A stretch of DNA of 43,422 nucleotides, filler included, from Jimgerdemannia flammicorona (taxonomy: Eukaryota), in assembly GCA_003990765.1 (NCBI GenBank). It is 2 parts of 2 records of this genome, joined end to end, with 100 filler letters (N's around TTAATTAATTAA, not from the genome) between each part and the next. Parts side by side here need not be neighbours in the genome. Positions count along the whole stretch, not along the records: positions 21,768 to 43,422 come from RBNJ01001411.1; 1 more part is not named here. One strand, 5' to 3'. Shown here in pieces: positions 25,997 through 40,300 of this stretch. Both the position numbers and the translations under genes were made by a program. Every line of letters begins with the position of its first letter. Position 1 is the first letter of the stretch. Below the pieces are notes generated by a model. That model worked only from the letters and a program-made list of their open reading frames with translations. It did not search any database and was not told the DNA's origin.

Positions 25997-26921
25997 CTAT
26001 CTGTGATGGCCATCTCCTCTTCTATCTAAAAAGCAGTTACCTATACCAGAACTATACTTATCAGGAAGCTTGTTAAAGCTCAGAGAGTCTCACTACAGAT
26101 ACTAAAGACCTGTAGATAACTTATACTAGTACTTGATGCCCAAGGTTGGCCAACTCTATATATAGTCTATAATACTTCAGATAATATCTCATTAATAACA
26201 GCAAAAGGAAGAAAGCACTATATCAAAATAAGTATATCTCAGATATAGCTGAAGGTATCAGAAATTACAAAAAAGTAAAGAAAACACTGATTAGATACTG
26301 ATAAAGAGGCAACTCATCACCATTACCTCTCTCCCACTATTCTGCAATAGGTACAGTAAACCAACCCAAAGTAGAGAAGATATTAGCTATAGAAAGTAGA
26401 CTCAAAAGATTGTCTACCAAACCTTATGACTAGTAAGATAGTGGGGAAAGAGATAGTTAAATAGATCAATATCAGTATACTGAATAAGATAGATAGATCT
26501 ATTATATATTTTATATAATCAGTAGAGTATATTGCATTTAAAATATTATAATTTAGTTAATTATTTATAAAATATAATAAAAAAGAGGTTAAATTATTTA
26601 AATATCTAAGTTGTCTGTAATGATAATAATGATAATAATAATAATAATAATTAAAATATTGCTTACTACCTTATAATTATTAATAACTAAATAATAAATA
26701 ATAGTAACTATTTAATATAAATTATTAATTATATTAAAATATAATATAATATATAATATAGAAAGAAAAAATAGATATTTGATTACTAGATATTTAGTCT
26801 AATATCTAATTTAGAGATTACAAAATTATATCTTTTATATTATCTAAAAGTTATAATTCTAATAATATCTAAAATTAGTTATTTCTGAATAGATAAAATA
26901 CTATAATAGATTATTATATAG

Positions 26922-29900
26922 TGTAATAATTGATTCAAATTAGGAACATGAATCAGAGAAATAGACATTTGATTATAGTATCTGAATTTGATTTCTAAAT
27001 ATAGTATAGCCTTATAAATAGCAAATATTAAAGTTTTAACAAATGTTAAATTCTTTATAAATATTAAGATTTTGGTAATTATCAAAGATTTAGTAGATGT
27101 TAAAAGATTTAACATTTATAAAAAGTGACTTATAACTTAACTATCTTATAGCTAGCAAACTTGTATAAATACCCCAGTATCTAGAGTGAATAAACCTCAG
27201 TTCAAAATAGTTTAAAGAAAAGAGAAAGTAAAAAACTAGTAAGCCTATAGACAGATATACTTCAAACTCACCTACTCCTATATTCCAAAAACTCTGCAGA
27301 GTTAAAGAAGATTAAGTTTTCAAGATATAGAAATCTAATATACTTACATAGTTATATATCCACTATATTATAACTTGGTACCTATTGACTGGTGATTCAA
27401 GATAAATTCCTCACTTTCAAGCTGAATAATAAACAACTGCTATCATCTAAAAAACTATACAAATTGAACTAAGACATCTAGACAAGATAGATATGAGACT
27501 ATCAGTATTTTACAGATATACTTTAAATGAATCGATTATTATATTTATTGATTATTTCAAGCTATATGCTGCTATAAGAACTCTGACATTAAGATAGCAA
27601 GTAGTTTTCATACTCTTCAGTCTCTAAAGACTAGCAAGAGCAGCATTCATAGCTATAACTCATATGGGAAATAATGATGATGCTATGCTAGTAGTATAAA
27701 AAACTTTGCTCTGAACCACCTACTATATAGATAAAATTAAGTAAGTCCTGAAGGATCAGCTCAATACAATATATCAAGAAATGAATAAGGATCTAAACAT
27801 ATTCTATACCAGAATCTGATATCAGATAATCTTTACAGATTATGCTGCTACTATCTGAGATTAAGTAGCTGAGACAATCTTTATGAAAGGAGTCCACCTA
27901 GAGATAGTCTTAGCTATCTGCTCATTACTAGTAGTCCTGAATCTAGTATAAAAGATCATCTATACTCAGCAATATTGGATAGCCAGACACCTATAAGACT
28001 ATATAATAGAAAGAGTTACTAGAGTCAGAATTGAAGCACTCAAGGCAACCAGTATGATCTCTATCATAGTGATCAATTGAAATATACCTCAGCTAAGAGC
28101 TACTGAGTAGTAGAGGAATAGTGATCTTATGAAGGAACTTGCTAAGAAGTTTGCTAAAATGATTACTCATCTTAGAGATATGGTAAAGGAAATTAGAGGA
28201 AGAGACTACCACTTAGTTCAGAAGTTTGTTGCTATCTCAAATAAGAAGAGAGATACCTGTTATATTTGTAGAGAAGAAGGCCACTACTTATATAAATATA
28301 TGAGTAAAGCTCAGCCAAACAATACTATAAGGAATAAGAAATAGGTCAATATTATTATCTTTAAAGAAATTGAAGAATCAGATGAAGAAGAATAAGAGAC
28401 CTACCCTATACAGACTACTAAGAAAGATGTCTGCAAGTAACTCTACAAGAGATCACTAGGAAGATCTAAGAAGAATCCTATAGAAAAACAGATAAAAAGT
28501 ACTACAGAAAGCTAAGATAAAGAAATAAATCAAGATATAGAACTGGAACAGACTGTTTAAGATATCATCCGAGAAACTATCTTAGCCCCAACTAGTGAAA
28601 AAGAAAAGGAGAAGAAGCTTCACAAGACCAAGACTTTTAAGTATGATATCTTCAAGGATCTCAGTCAATAAAAAGTCAATGCAACTTTTGGCCAGCTAGC
28701 AGAAATACCCACATTCAGACAGTAAATAAGATATGGACTTACTGAGATAACTAAGAAATAAGGATAGAAGATAACTGAGGCCAATAATATTCAAGAAGAC
28801 TCTAGAGAAGAGAGCAAAGATAATTGCAAGATATCTGCCTATACAACTTTGTTAAATTAAAGATAGAATCTTTGAGACCATTATTGATACTAGAGTAGAA
28901 GAATGTCTTCTTAGCAAGAAAGCAGCAGACTACTTAAGTTAGGAGGTTACAAATTAGTATTCATTATAGTAAATAACATAAGAGCCACATCTTTAGAAAA
29001 GATCTGAGATATTCCTATTAAGTTTGGAGGAGAACTATTCTAGTAGATGTGATTGTAACCAATGCTACCAACTATGATATACTCATTGGCAACTAGTGGC
29101 TTTATAAAGCCAGAGCAATAATTGACCAAATGCTCAGAAGATATAGATCATCTACTAAGGTTAGAAGATGCAAATTTCCATTAATATCAATAAAGAAGTA
29201 CTGCCTGAAATAGAGAAAGAAAAAAGTAAACAAGAAGAAGCCTATATGGTAACTACCTAGAAAAAGAAGAAGAAGGTCAGATGGATTAGCAAAAAAGAAT
29301 AGTACAAAAGGATTATTAAGAGATATATACCACAAGAAGTCTGCTCTTATAGAATCAAGATATACTATATGAAACATATTGACAATTACTATTAATATAT
29401 TAGCAGAATCAAGAAAATCTACCATGAAAAAAGATAGAAGGTTCTTGAGAAATAAGTAAGGTAAGAAAAGAAAGAGGAAGAGGATGACAAATCACTAGCC
29501 CTCCTAAAGAATAGTGATGATGAAGAAGAAATTAAGGTCAAGATTTGGAAAATTCACTTTAATATAGTTCTACCAGAATATAAGTCAGAGAATATAGCTA
29601 GAATAGATATTATCATAGTAGAGGAAACTGTACTAAAGCCTCAGACAACCACTCTGCTTGCAACTAGTCTGGAAATAATTATTCCAAAGAACCATATTGG
29701 GATTCTTAAGACAAGAAGCAGTTTGGTCAAAAGTGAGATTACTATTGAAGAAGAAGTCATTAATTCAGACTATATTGAGAAAATACTACTTATTGCTAGA
29801 AATCCCAACTCCACAATTCTATTTCTAATCAAGAAGAAAGACTGATTAGTACAGATATTGATCTTCCTAGTTCTTTAGCCAAAGATCATGGAAGTCAAGA

Positions 29901-31940
29901 AGTTGGAGGAAATGAAAAGAAGAAGAAAAAGATTCAGATCTACTAGAAGAGGAGTATTTATTAGTACTAAGATTATAGAACTAGATCACAAGAAGGAGGA
30001 AACCACAAACAAGTATAGCTACACTATTGGAAATGAATTTCTACTCACAAAGAAACTTAAGAAAATACTCTATAAATTTGAGAATATCCTAGCTACAGAC
30101 TTCAAGAATATCAAGAAGAAGATTCTATACTACTATTATGATATAGATATAGGAGACACTGAACCAATCAACTAAAAAGTAAGACCAATTCCACCAGTTT
30201 ATCATAAATGGCTCAGAGAAGAAATCAAGCAGATAGAAGAAGCTGGTATCATTAAAGAGACCAGCAGCCCTTGGACTTCACCAGTCATATTGGCCCTAAA
30301 AAAAGGAAGCAAACTAGGAGAATTTGCCTCAAGACTCTGCACTAATTACAGGAAGCTCAATCTGACTATAAAGAAGGATTACCAATTACTGCCCCTTATC
30401 AGTGATGTCCTTGTAACTCTGGGAGATAAAGCACAGTACTATAGTATCTTGGATTTATACTCAGAATTCTACCAGATTAGTCTTACTGAAGTAGTAAGTA
30501 AAAAATCAGTCTTCATCACTCCAGATAAAATCTATATCTATCTGTAAATACTATTTAGAATATACAATATACTAGTAAGCTTTTAGTAAATGATAAATAA
30601 AATCTTCCACTATGATATAGGAAGATGGATAATAGTTTATATGGATAATGTTATCATCTATAGTAAGGCAGCTGAAGAATATCTACAGTACATCTAGTAG
30701 ATAATAAAGAAGCTAAGAAAGTATAGCCTATACATCAAGTTCAAGAAGTGCAAGTTTGCAGAAATTAAGATCTCCTATCTTAGACACATCATCAACTGAG
30801 ATAGAATATATACAGACTTGCTCAAGATTCAAGCAGTAGCAGTATATCTAAGATCCACTACTATCACTGAAGTCCAAGCCTTCATGGGACTTACCTTATA
30901 CTATTGCAGATTTATTAGAGGATTCTCCAATACATATCACAGGCCCAATCTATGAACTCAACAAGAAGGATGTCAAGTTTCAATAGACTGACAGATAACA
31001 GAAAGTATTTGATGAGCTCAATATCAGACTGACTCAAGCACCCATTCTTAGAAGACCTGATTGGACTCAAGAATTCATTCTGCAGACAGATGTAAGTGCC
31101 CAAGAACTAGGAGCAGTTCTGGTATAGAAGAAAGATAAAGTAGAGTATGTTATTATATATCTAAGCTGAGGAATCTGAAAAGCTGAAAAAGAGTATAAAT
31201 CCTATAAGTTGGAATGTCTCATAGTTATCTGGACTATAGAGAAGTTCTATTACTATCTTATAGAGAGATATTTCACCATTTAGATGGACCACTCAGCTCT
31301 TACCTGACTACTGACCACTGAGCGACCTAAAGAAATCTATGCCAGATAGATTATAAAGTTACAAGCCTATGATATAACCATTATACACTACTTTAGAAGA
31401 ATCAAAACCAATACAGATACTCTGAAGAACCCTCAACCAGCAAATCAACTATGAATAAGAAACTCTACTACAGAATTATTACTTATCTGGAACAGTGAAA
31501 GATGTCCCAATATCTAGAAGAATGAATACAAATGATTATTAATAGAACATAGAAACAATTTGAGACTAATAGAGAAATACTAAAAAAAGGAAAGCTATTA
31601 GTCATATCCAAATACAAGAAGGAGCAAACAATGAAATCAATATATAAACTTGGCTATTTAAGAGAAATGAGCATCTATAAAAAAGCAAAAAGAATAATGT
31701 GGTGGTCAGAAATGGAGAAAGATATCAGATAATTTGTCAAGACCAGTGACAAATATCAGAAACAGAAACAAGACAAACAAAATCAGACCCCAGGATCAGC
31801 AGATATAGAACTAGTATACATTATAATGAATATAATTGGCTCTCTACTATTGACTTTGACTGGTAACCAATATATCATTATCATTATAGATCTTTTTATA
31901 AAATAGATAGAGGTAGAACTCCTTAAAGAAGCTAATGTAT
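26922..31940 (+). mobile_element. Degenerate Ty3/Gypsy element B: LTR (26922-27372), gag, protease, dUTPase, RT, RNase H and start of integrase; 3'-truncated
   Basis: Zinc knuckle CYICREEGH (about 28258), IIDT protease (about 28880), SPWTSPVILALKK, LCTNYRKLN, YMDN (30638, from YMDD), RNase H FILQTDVS..LGAVL and DHSAL. Confidence 0.9.
29531..29953 (+). pseudogene. dUTPase domain within element B pol
   Basis: Five trimeric-dUTPase motifs, degraded by G>A changes: ARIDI, KTRSSLV, EVINSDYIE, LVQ and RRRKRFRSTR (from RGxxGFGSTG). Confidence 0.8.
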
Positions 31941-31944
31941 ATTA

Positions 31945-34328
31945 ATACCCAACCTACTCTGTCATGTCTATAAGCCAAGTGGAGCCTCAAGCTTCAAACC
32001 TTCAACCCAAAGATTATCTACAAGCCTGGCAAGATACTTGTAATACCAGATACCTTATTAAGATGCCCAGACCTCACCACAATCATACAGATCACCTTGG
32101 CATCAGAATTTCTAGACCAAATCAGGTAAGCTTACAAAGAAGATATAGTTGCCACTAGAGTTTTCTCAAATGAGCTCAAGGATATATGTATATACTGTCA
32201 AGAACAACCTGATCTATCATCAAGATCAAGTCTACTATCTGAAAACATGAACCTATACTATAAGGTTTTATAAGAACACTATGACTCCTCTCTTACCAGT
32301 TACCTAGGAATCGAGAAGACTGTCAAGAATATTCAATACTGCTACTATTGACCAAGTATGGTCAAGAAAATCAAGAACTATGTTGCCAGCTATAATCTAT
32401 GTTAGTGCAATAAGTCTACCAACCAAGCATTAGTCAGTTTGCTACAACTACTGCTAATTCCAATAAAGAAATTTGAGCAAGTTACTATAGACTTTGTAAC
32501 TCAACTACCACAAACTCAATCTGGTACTAATACTATTATTATATTCATTGACCACCTGACTAAGACTATGGTTGCTAAACTAATTACTACCAATACTACT
32601 GTACTTGAGATTACAAGAATCTTCTTTAAGTTCATCTTCCATCACTATGGTCTACTACAAGTAATTATCAGTAATTATAACTCAAAGTTTACCAGTCACT
32701 TCTGGCAAACTCTCTTCAAGACTCTGAGAACTCAATTGGCTATATCTATTACCTTTTACTCACAAACTAATAGACAAACTGAGCACATGAATAGAACTCT
32801 AGAACAAATACTTAAAAACTATATTTCTTATAAGTAAGATGATTGGGACCACTATCTGACTTATGCAGAGTTTGCATACAACAATGTTATCCAATCATCT
32901 ACTGGTCTTTCTCCTTTCTGATTACTCCACAGTCAAGATCCCAAGATCCCTGCAAGTCTATTTTCTTTTAAGAAAAGCAGTCAAATACAAGTTCCAACCA
33001 CCAAGAATCTTACAGAAAAAATGGACAAACTACTTAAGATTGCTACTACAAATCTTCAGAAAGCTCAATGGCATCAAGCCAAGTATGCTGATAAGAAATG
33101 CTGTAATGTCACTTATACTGTTGGAGATCAAGTCCTACTGTCTATCAAGAACTTCAAGATATAATCTCAAGTCAACTGCCCTTCTAACAAGTTCCAACCT
33201 AAGTATATTGGACCTTTTAAGATTACTGAATAAGTCTCTGCATCCTCCTACTGCCTCAAGCTACCTGAAACTATGAGAGTATACCCAGTCTTTCAAGTAT
33301 TATACCTCAAGACCTAGAACCAGTTACTGCCCTACTCTGGTCAAATTTCTAAGCCTTCTACTCCTGTGATTATTGAAGACTATATCAAGTATGAAGCTGA
33401 GAAAATTCTTGATAAATGAATCTGCTACTGCTGTCCTAAATACCTAGTTAAGTAGATGAATTACTCTTAATATGATACTACTTGGGAACTACTGGTCAAC
33501 CTCAAGAACTCTCAAGATCTAGTTCAAGACTTTGAGGCAAAATGTATTACCTAATCCCTATAGTGACTTCCTTAGATTATTGATGACCTATGGCAATGAT
33601 CAGTGCCTTATGCATCAGAAGTTTACTTTGGGACCCTGGAACTAGCAGAACATTTAATGAATAAGAAGTCTACTGAAATAAAGCTACTAGCTGGGTTCAA
33701 ATCTCTCCCAGTTGGTTAGTCTAATAATAGGCCCTCTGCTCTATATGAGGATGGCCAATCTCTGCTAATGTACTGATATAAGTTTGAGAAATTTTGGTTA
33801 AGTATATCTAGTCTTGTGTTACCTAAGAACTCAATGAGGATATTAGTTCTTAAGGAGGAAGAGATGTAATAATTTTACAGTTATATTTACTCTTAATACA
33901 TTTTCATATCTTTTAGTTAGTCTTTTCTTTTTATTTCTTAAATATTCTACTATATTCTGCCACCTTTTACTTACTTAGAAACCTTCTCTCAGCACTCAGA
34001 TACTACTAGAACATTCTTGTCTTTCCTTAGTACCAAGTATCTTGTCTTAGCTAGTTATGGAATCTTTTAGAACATTGTAGAATAGTATTAGTCAGCTTTG
34101 CCAAGAATATATTTCTTGGCATTTCTCTTTCTTTCTAAGATCATTCTGGATCTTTCTTTCAGATCATATATAAATATTCTTGTTCTCTGCCTGAATAAAG
34201 CTCAGAATATTTTCTCCTAGAAATCCTTCAAGAATACTTAAATATTTAAGTATCTCTTTAAGCTACTTTAAGTCAACCAGAACTTCCAGATTTAGCTGCT
34301 TCCTCTTAAAGAAACTAAAACCATTATA
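31945..34328 (+). mobile_element. 3' half of a chromovirus (Gypsy): integrase, GPF motif, chromodomain, PPT and 3' LTR (33865-34328)
   Basis: FEQVTIDFVTQLP, SKFTSHFW, QTNRQTEHMNRTLEQIL, KFQPKYIGPFKI, and chromodomain YEAEKILD..KYLVK..TWE..NL (about 33390-33540). Purine tract aaggaggaagaga precedes TGTAAT, and the LTR ends ATTATA. Confidence 0.88.
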
Positions 34329-37300
34329 CCTCTCATTTTCTTTGAAATAAAGTCAGTTCTCTTAATTTACTTATACTCAACTCCATATAAACAATCTAAG
34401 AGATAACAAGACAGTTTAAAGATAAGAAGTTTGAGAACTATAAGATCTTGAGAAGGTACTCTAATAAGAACTTGCTTATAACAAACTTGTAGTTAGTCTA
34501 AGAGATATACTTTGAAGAGAATCTAATATATTTGAAGGACTCAGTACTCACTATGTGATAACTTAGTGCTTATTGGCTGGTGATTTAAAATAAATTCCTC
34601 ACTTTCAAACTAAAAAAATGAATAACTACTATAATAACTACTCTGATTACAAGAGTCACCCCCTGCAAGAATTTAAGATAAAATAGAAATATATTCTCTT
34701 ATATTCTATAGATTTACTACTGAAGAGTCAATCTTAACCTTTATTGAAGACTTTAAACAATTTTCTGCTATATAAGCTCTCATTATAAATGTACAATTAG
34801 CCCTTTTACCAGTTAGCTACAGAGGACCTGTCAGAGATAAGTTCAATATAGCCACTATTACTAATGCTAGTGCAGCCAAACTAGCCAATATGAAGAACTT
34901 TCTCAGAACTATATATTATACTGAAGAGATCAAGTAAGCTCTCAAAGATCAACTCAACACTATCTACTAGAGACTCAGTAATGATCCCAACTCATTCTAT
35001 ACTTGAATATGCTATTAGATTATCTTAGCTGGCTATGATAATATCTTCAAAAAACAGATAACTAATTCAATCTTCCTAAAAGAAGTCTACTATAAAATTG
35101 CTCTAGCAATCTGGTCTACTCTAGCTGCTTTGACCCTTGATCAGAAAGTGATCTTTATATAGAGATATTGGACTGCCAGATATCCTGCCAAATACTCAAT
35201 AAAAAGAATAACTGGTATCAAGCTGGAGCCATCAAAATTAACTAGTATCAAGCTGAAGCCATCAAAATTAACTAGTATCATACTTACTATAGCCATCAAT
35301 AAACAACTATCCCTACTTACCCCCAAGATGACCAAAGCTGACCCAGTGGAGGAACTTGCCTAGCAGTTTGCCAAGATGACTGTATATCTTAATAATGTTG
35401 TTAGAGAAGTATAAAGTGCCAATAGGAGACCAGTGCAGAAGTTTGTAGCTACTATAGAGGAATATATCATTATATGCTTCAAATGTAGAGAAGAAGGCCA
35501 CTATATAAAGAATTATATAACTAAAACAAGATACAGAGCTCAACTAAGTGACCCAGAGAACAAATCAATATAGTAGCCATCAAGGAGATTAGTGATACTG
35601 ATAATGAATAATACTATGAGGAGTCTGAATTATACCCTATTACTAAAGCTACCAGAATCTGGTCCAAGTTCTATAATAAGAAGAACAACAGCAAGCCAGT
35701 TGGAAGACCAAAAAAGACCTTAACTATTACTATTAAAAGTAAGATCTAATTTGAGGAGATTGATTAAGACATAGAGTTAGATGAAGCTGCCTACTAAATT
35801 ATTGAAGGTACTACTCCAGTCTCAGGAGAAAGTGAAAGCAAGAAAGAACAGAAGCTGTACAAGACCAAGATCTACTAGTATGATATTTATAAGAATCTCA
35901 AGAGACAAAAGGTCAATACTACTTTTGGACAACTAGCAGAAGTCTCTGCCTTAAGACAGTAGTTGAGAGTAGAACTTATAACTACTATCAAGAACAAAGA
36001 GTATAAGATCATAGAAGCTCACAATATATAAGAAAATGAACAAGAAGACTCAGACAAAGAATCTGAAGATTAGCACAAGACCTCAGCTTATACTCAATAC
36101 CAGATTGAAGATTATATCTTTAATGCTATCATTGATACTAGTGCTGGAGAATATCTTATAAGCAAGAAGACAATTGACTATCTAGGCTGAAATATTGAAG
36201 AATCTACCAAAATGGTCTATGTTACAGTAGATTATATATAAGCTACCCTCCTAGGCAAGATCTGAGAAGTTTCCATCAAGATTGGAGGAGCTACTATCTC
36301 AGTAGATATGATCATTACAAGTACCACCAACTATAACATTCTCATTGATAACTAATGGCTTTATAAGGCCAAGGCTATCATTAACCTCAATGTCCAGAAA
36401 ATACAGATCAACTATAGAGGAAGAAAGGTATGAGTCTCTATCAATATTTACAAAGAAGTACTACCAGATATGGAGGAAGAAGATAAAGAGAATACAGAAG
36501 TCTTCATGTACTTAGTATATAAGAACAAGAGTAAGACAATCAAGCTCACAAATGAGTAGTGGTACAACAAGATCATTAATAACTATATCTCTCAAGGAAG
36601 ATACCTCTATAGTGCTAGGATATACTGCTCTAAATACCTGAAATAACTACTGGTCCTGTATCAGCAAAGTTAGAAAAATCCATCAACAAAGGCATAAGCA
36701 AGAAGCTGCTGAAGCAAAAAAGAAAGCTGAAGAAGATGATCAGCCCCCAGAGCTTCAAGCTGATAGTGATGATGAGGAGAAATAAGAACCAGATATTACT
36801 CTCAAGATCAAGAAGTTTTACCCTAAAGCTAAGATTCCAGAATATAAGACTGAAGGAGCCATAGAAATAGACCTTGCCAGCATTCAAGATACTATCCTCA
36901 AACCACAGACTACTACTCTACTTGGTATTGAAATTAGAGTCAAGTTATCAGAGAACCATGCTAGAATTATTAAGACCAGGAGCAGTCTGGCCAAGAGCAA
37001 AATCTCAGTTAAAGGAGGAGTTATTGACCCTAATTACACTGGTGAGATCTGTCTTATAGTCAGAAATTACAACTCCACCACCCCATTCGAAGTCAAGAAG
37101 CATAATAGAATTGACCAGATGCTGATCCATAAAGTCAAGAAGCCTAAGATCACTGAAGCCATTGAACTTATCAAGACTAAGAGAGGAGAACAAGACTTTG
37201 AATTTACTAGAAGAGGAGTCTATGCTGCTACTAAGATTACTGAACTTGAGCACAAGACAGATAAGGACCAGAACAAGTATATATATATCATTGAAGAAAA

Positions 37301-40300
37301 CTTTCCCCTAGAAGAACAACTTCTCAAGATCCTATATCAGAATAAAGAAGAACTTGCTACAGACTTTAGAGATATTCATAATTAAGAACCTAAGCACTAC
37401 TATGAAGTTAACACTAGTGATACCAAGCCCATCTACCAGAAAGCCAGATCTATACTATTTGCCTACAGAGAATGCTGTGAGCAGAACTTAAGAAAATGGA
37501 AGAAGCCAGTATCATTAAGCAAGCTATCAGTCCCTGGACTTCACCCATAGTCCTTGCTCCAAAGAAAGGAAGCAAGTCTGGAGAGTTTGCTCCAAGACTC
37601 TATATTGATTATAGGAAGCTCAATGCAATCACTAAGAAGGATAGGCAGCTTTTGTCAAATATTCAAGAAATCCTTACTACTTTTGGAAGTAAAGCCAAAT
37701 ACTACACTATCTTGGATCTGTTCTCAGGCTTTTATCAGATTGGTCTCACTCAAGATGCTGTTGAGAAATCAGCCTTCATTATATCTGATGCCACCTATGT
37801 CTATCTGTGAATGCCATTTGGAATGTACAATGTCCCAGTAAGTTTTCAGTGAATAATAAATAGAGTCTTCAGTAATGAGATTGGAAAATGGCTCTTTGTC
37901 TATATTGATAATATGATCATTTTTAGTAATACTGTATGGGAACATATTAATCATATACAGCTAGCCCTCAAGAAGCTCAAGGAGTATGATCTCTACATCA
38001 AGTTCAAGAAGTGTAAGTTTATAGCTCAAGAAATTATCTACCTAGGATATATCATCAATTAGACTGGAATTCACATAGACCCTATAAAGATTGAGACTGT
38101 TACAGCCTATCTAAGACTAAGAACAACTACAGAAGTCCATGTCTTCCTTAGACTGGTCTCCTACTACAGAAGATTCATCAAAGGATACTCTAATATTGTA
38201 GCATCTATCTATGAGTTACTGAAGAAAGAGACCAAATTTGAATAGACTAAAGAATATCAAAAACTTTCAATAAACTCAAGACCAGGTTGATCCAAGTACC
38301 CATCCTCAGAAGATCAGATTGGAACCTAGAGTTCATCCTATAGATAGATACAAGTGCTATAGAACTTAGAGTAGTACTAGCTCAGAAGAAAGATAGATAT
38401 AAATATATCATCTTCTATATAAGCTGAGATATCTGCAGAGCAGAACAGAACTATAAGTTATATAAGCTTAAATGCTTAGCAGTAGTCTAGATAGTAGACA
38501 AGTTCCACTACTATCTAGCCAGAAAATACTTCACTATTCAAACAGACCACTCTGCTCTTATCTGACCATTCTACATTCTGAACTCCAAAGAAATATATAC
38601 CAGATAGATCTATAGACTACAAGAGTATAACTATACTGTCAAATACTTCTTAGAAAGAACCAATACTGATGCACTTTCAAGAACACTCTGAAATACTCCC
38701 ATCAAGACTATTCAATATAAATAAGGAGTTATACTATGAATTATTCAGCTATCTTGGGTAGTAGAAGATGTTCAACCACCTCAAACCCTAGACTATCACT
38801 ATTATTAACTAGACTTGGAAACAATTCAAACTAGACAATACTACACTCAAAAAAGGAGAAAAGCTCATAATATCTGAATATAAGAAGTATCAAGTAATGA
38901 AGGAAGTACATAAACAAGAATATCTAGAAGGAATCAATATATATGATAAGATAAGAAAACTGTATAGTGGCCTAAGATAGAAGAAGACCTGTACCAATTT
39001 GTCAAAGGGTATGAAAAGTACCAAAAACAGAAATAAGATCAGCAAGATCAGTTACCTGAGTTATCAAGAATCAAACCTATCTCCTTCCACCATATTATAA
39101 TAGATATCATTAGACCACTCTATTAGGAAACTACTATATAATAGTTATTGTAAATCTCTTTACCAAATAAATAGAAGTAGGAGCATTACAAGAAGCCAAT
39201 TCTCTCTCTATTGCTGACTTCCTATACTGAGAAATCATCTGCTACTACAAGATATCAAGGAAAATCACTACATACTATGATATAGAATTTGGTAATAGAT
39301 TCTATGAGATAATATATCAGAAATACAGGATTTAGTACATCAAGACTACCATATATCACTCTTAAAGAAATAGACAGATAGAAAGAACTAATAAGACCCT
39401 CAAGAACATCCTGATCAAGATCTCAGAAATATATGAGAATTGGGATAACTATCTCCCAACTGCTCTCTCTATCTTATAAGATATATATATAGTTACAGAG
39501 TACACACTTTATTTCAAGAGAACTGCTCTTCAGAGAAGAAGATTCTAATGAAACCTCAGCCACAAATCTAGACCTAACTTGGCAATGAATTGACTCAGAA
39601 ATCCAGAGACTATACTAAATCAGAAAGAAGGTAGAAGATTACATCATCAAGTCATAAGCACTGATAAGGAAGAATGTGGAAAAGAATTACAAGACCCTAG
39701 AACCTATTCAAATTAGAGAAAAGGTTCTACTATATCAAAATATAGTAGAAGTCTTATAATCACGAAAACTGGAGCCCAAATGAAAAAAACCCTTCTATAT
39801 GTAAGATATCAAAAGAACTATATTCTGGCTTAAAGGTCTCTCAGAAACCATACTGCCTACTACAGTACATAGGAACAAACTCAAGAAGTACCATGAACCC
39901 ATATAAGAGAAGTAAACATAATGACGGCCTGTGAGGTTCTAGTCTATGAATTATAACAGCATGTCATATGACTAGTAGGCAATCTGTCTGAACTATTCTC
40001 TAAGAGATACAGTACCAGCAACTACTCATCTATAAGACTTTCAAAGTTAGAGAAGTTCAAACTATCAACTGATTGATCAAGATCAGAATCAGGCCCTTGC
40101 TCTTTTATATAAAGAGAGCAATCCTTCACTATTATGACAAAATATATAAGGAAGATACCAGCCTATAAATACTACTTTTCAACCCCCTGTCAGAGGTTAT
40201 AGGATTAGCCAATTTTTCAGACTAGATCAATGAATAAGGATGTTTAAGAGAAGATTCTTATTCAGGAAGAAGATATAACAGTAACCTCAGAATAGTGACA

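Noticed and set aside
26002..26460. Decayed, possibly intron-containing minus-strand gene targeted by the LTRs
   Set aside because: Too degraded to assign any family.
35211..35280. 30-bp tandem duplication in element C gag
   Set aside because: Ordinary in-frame slippage in a dead element.
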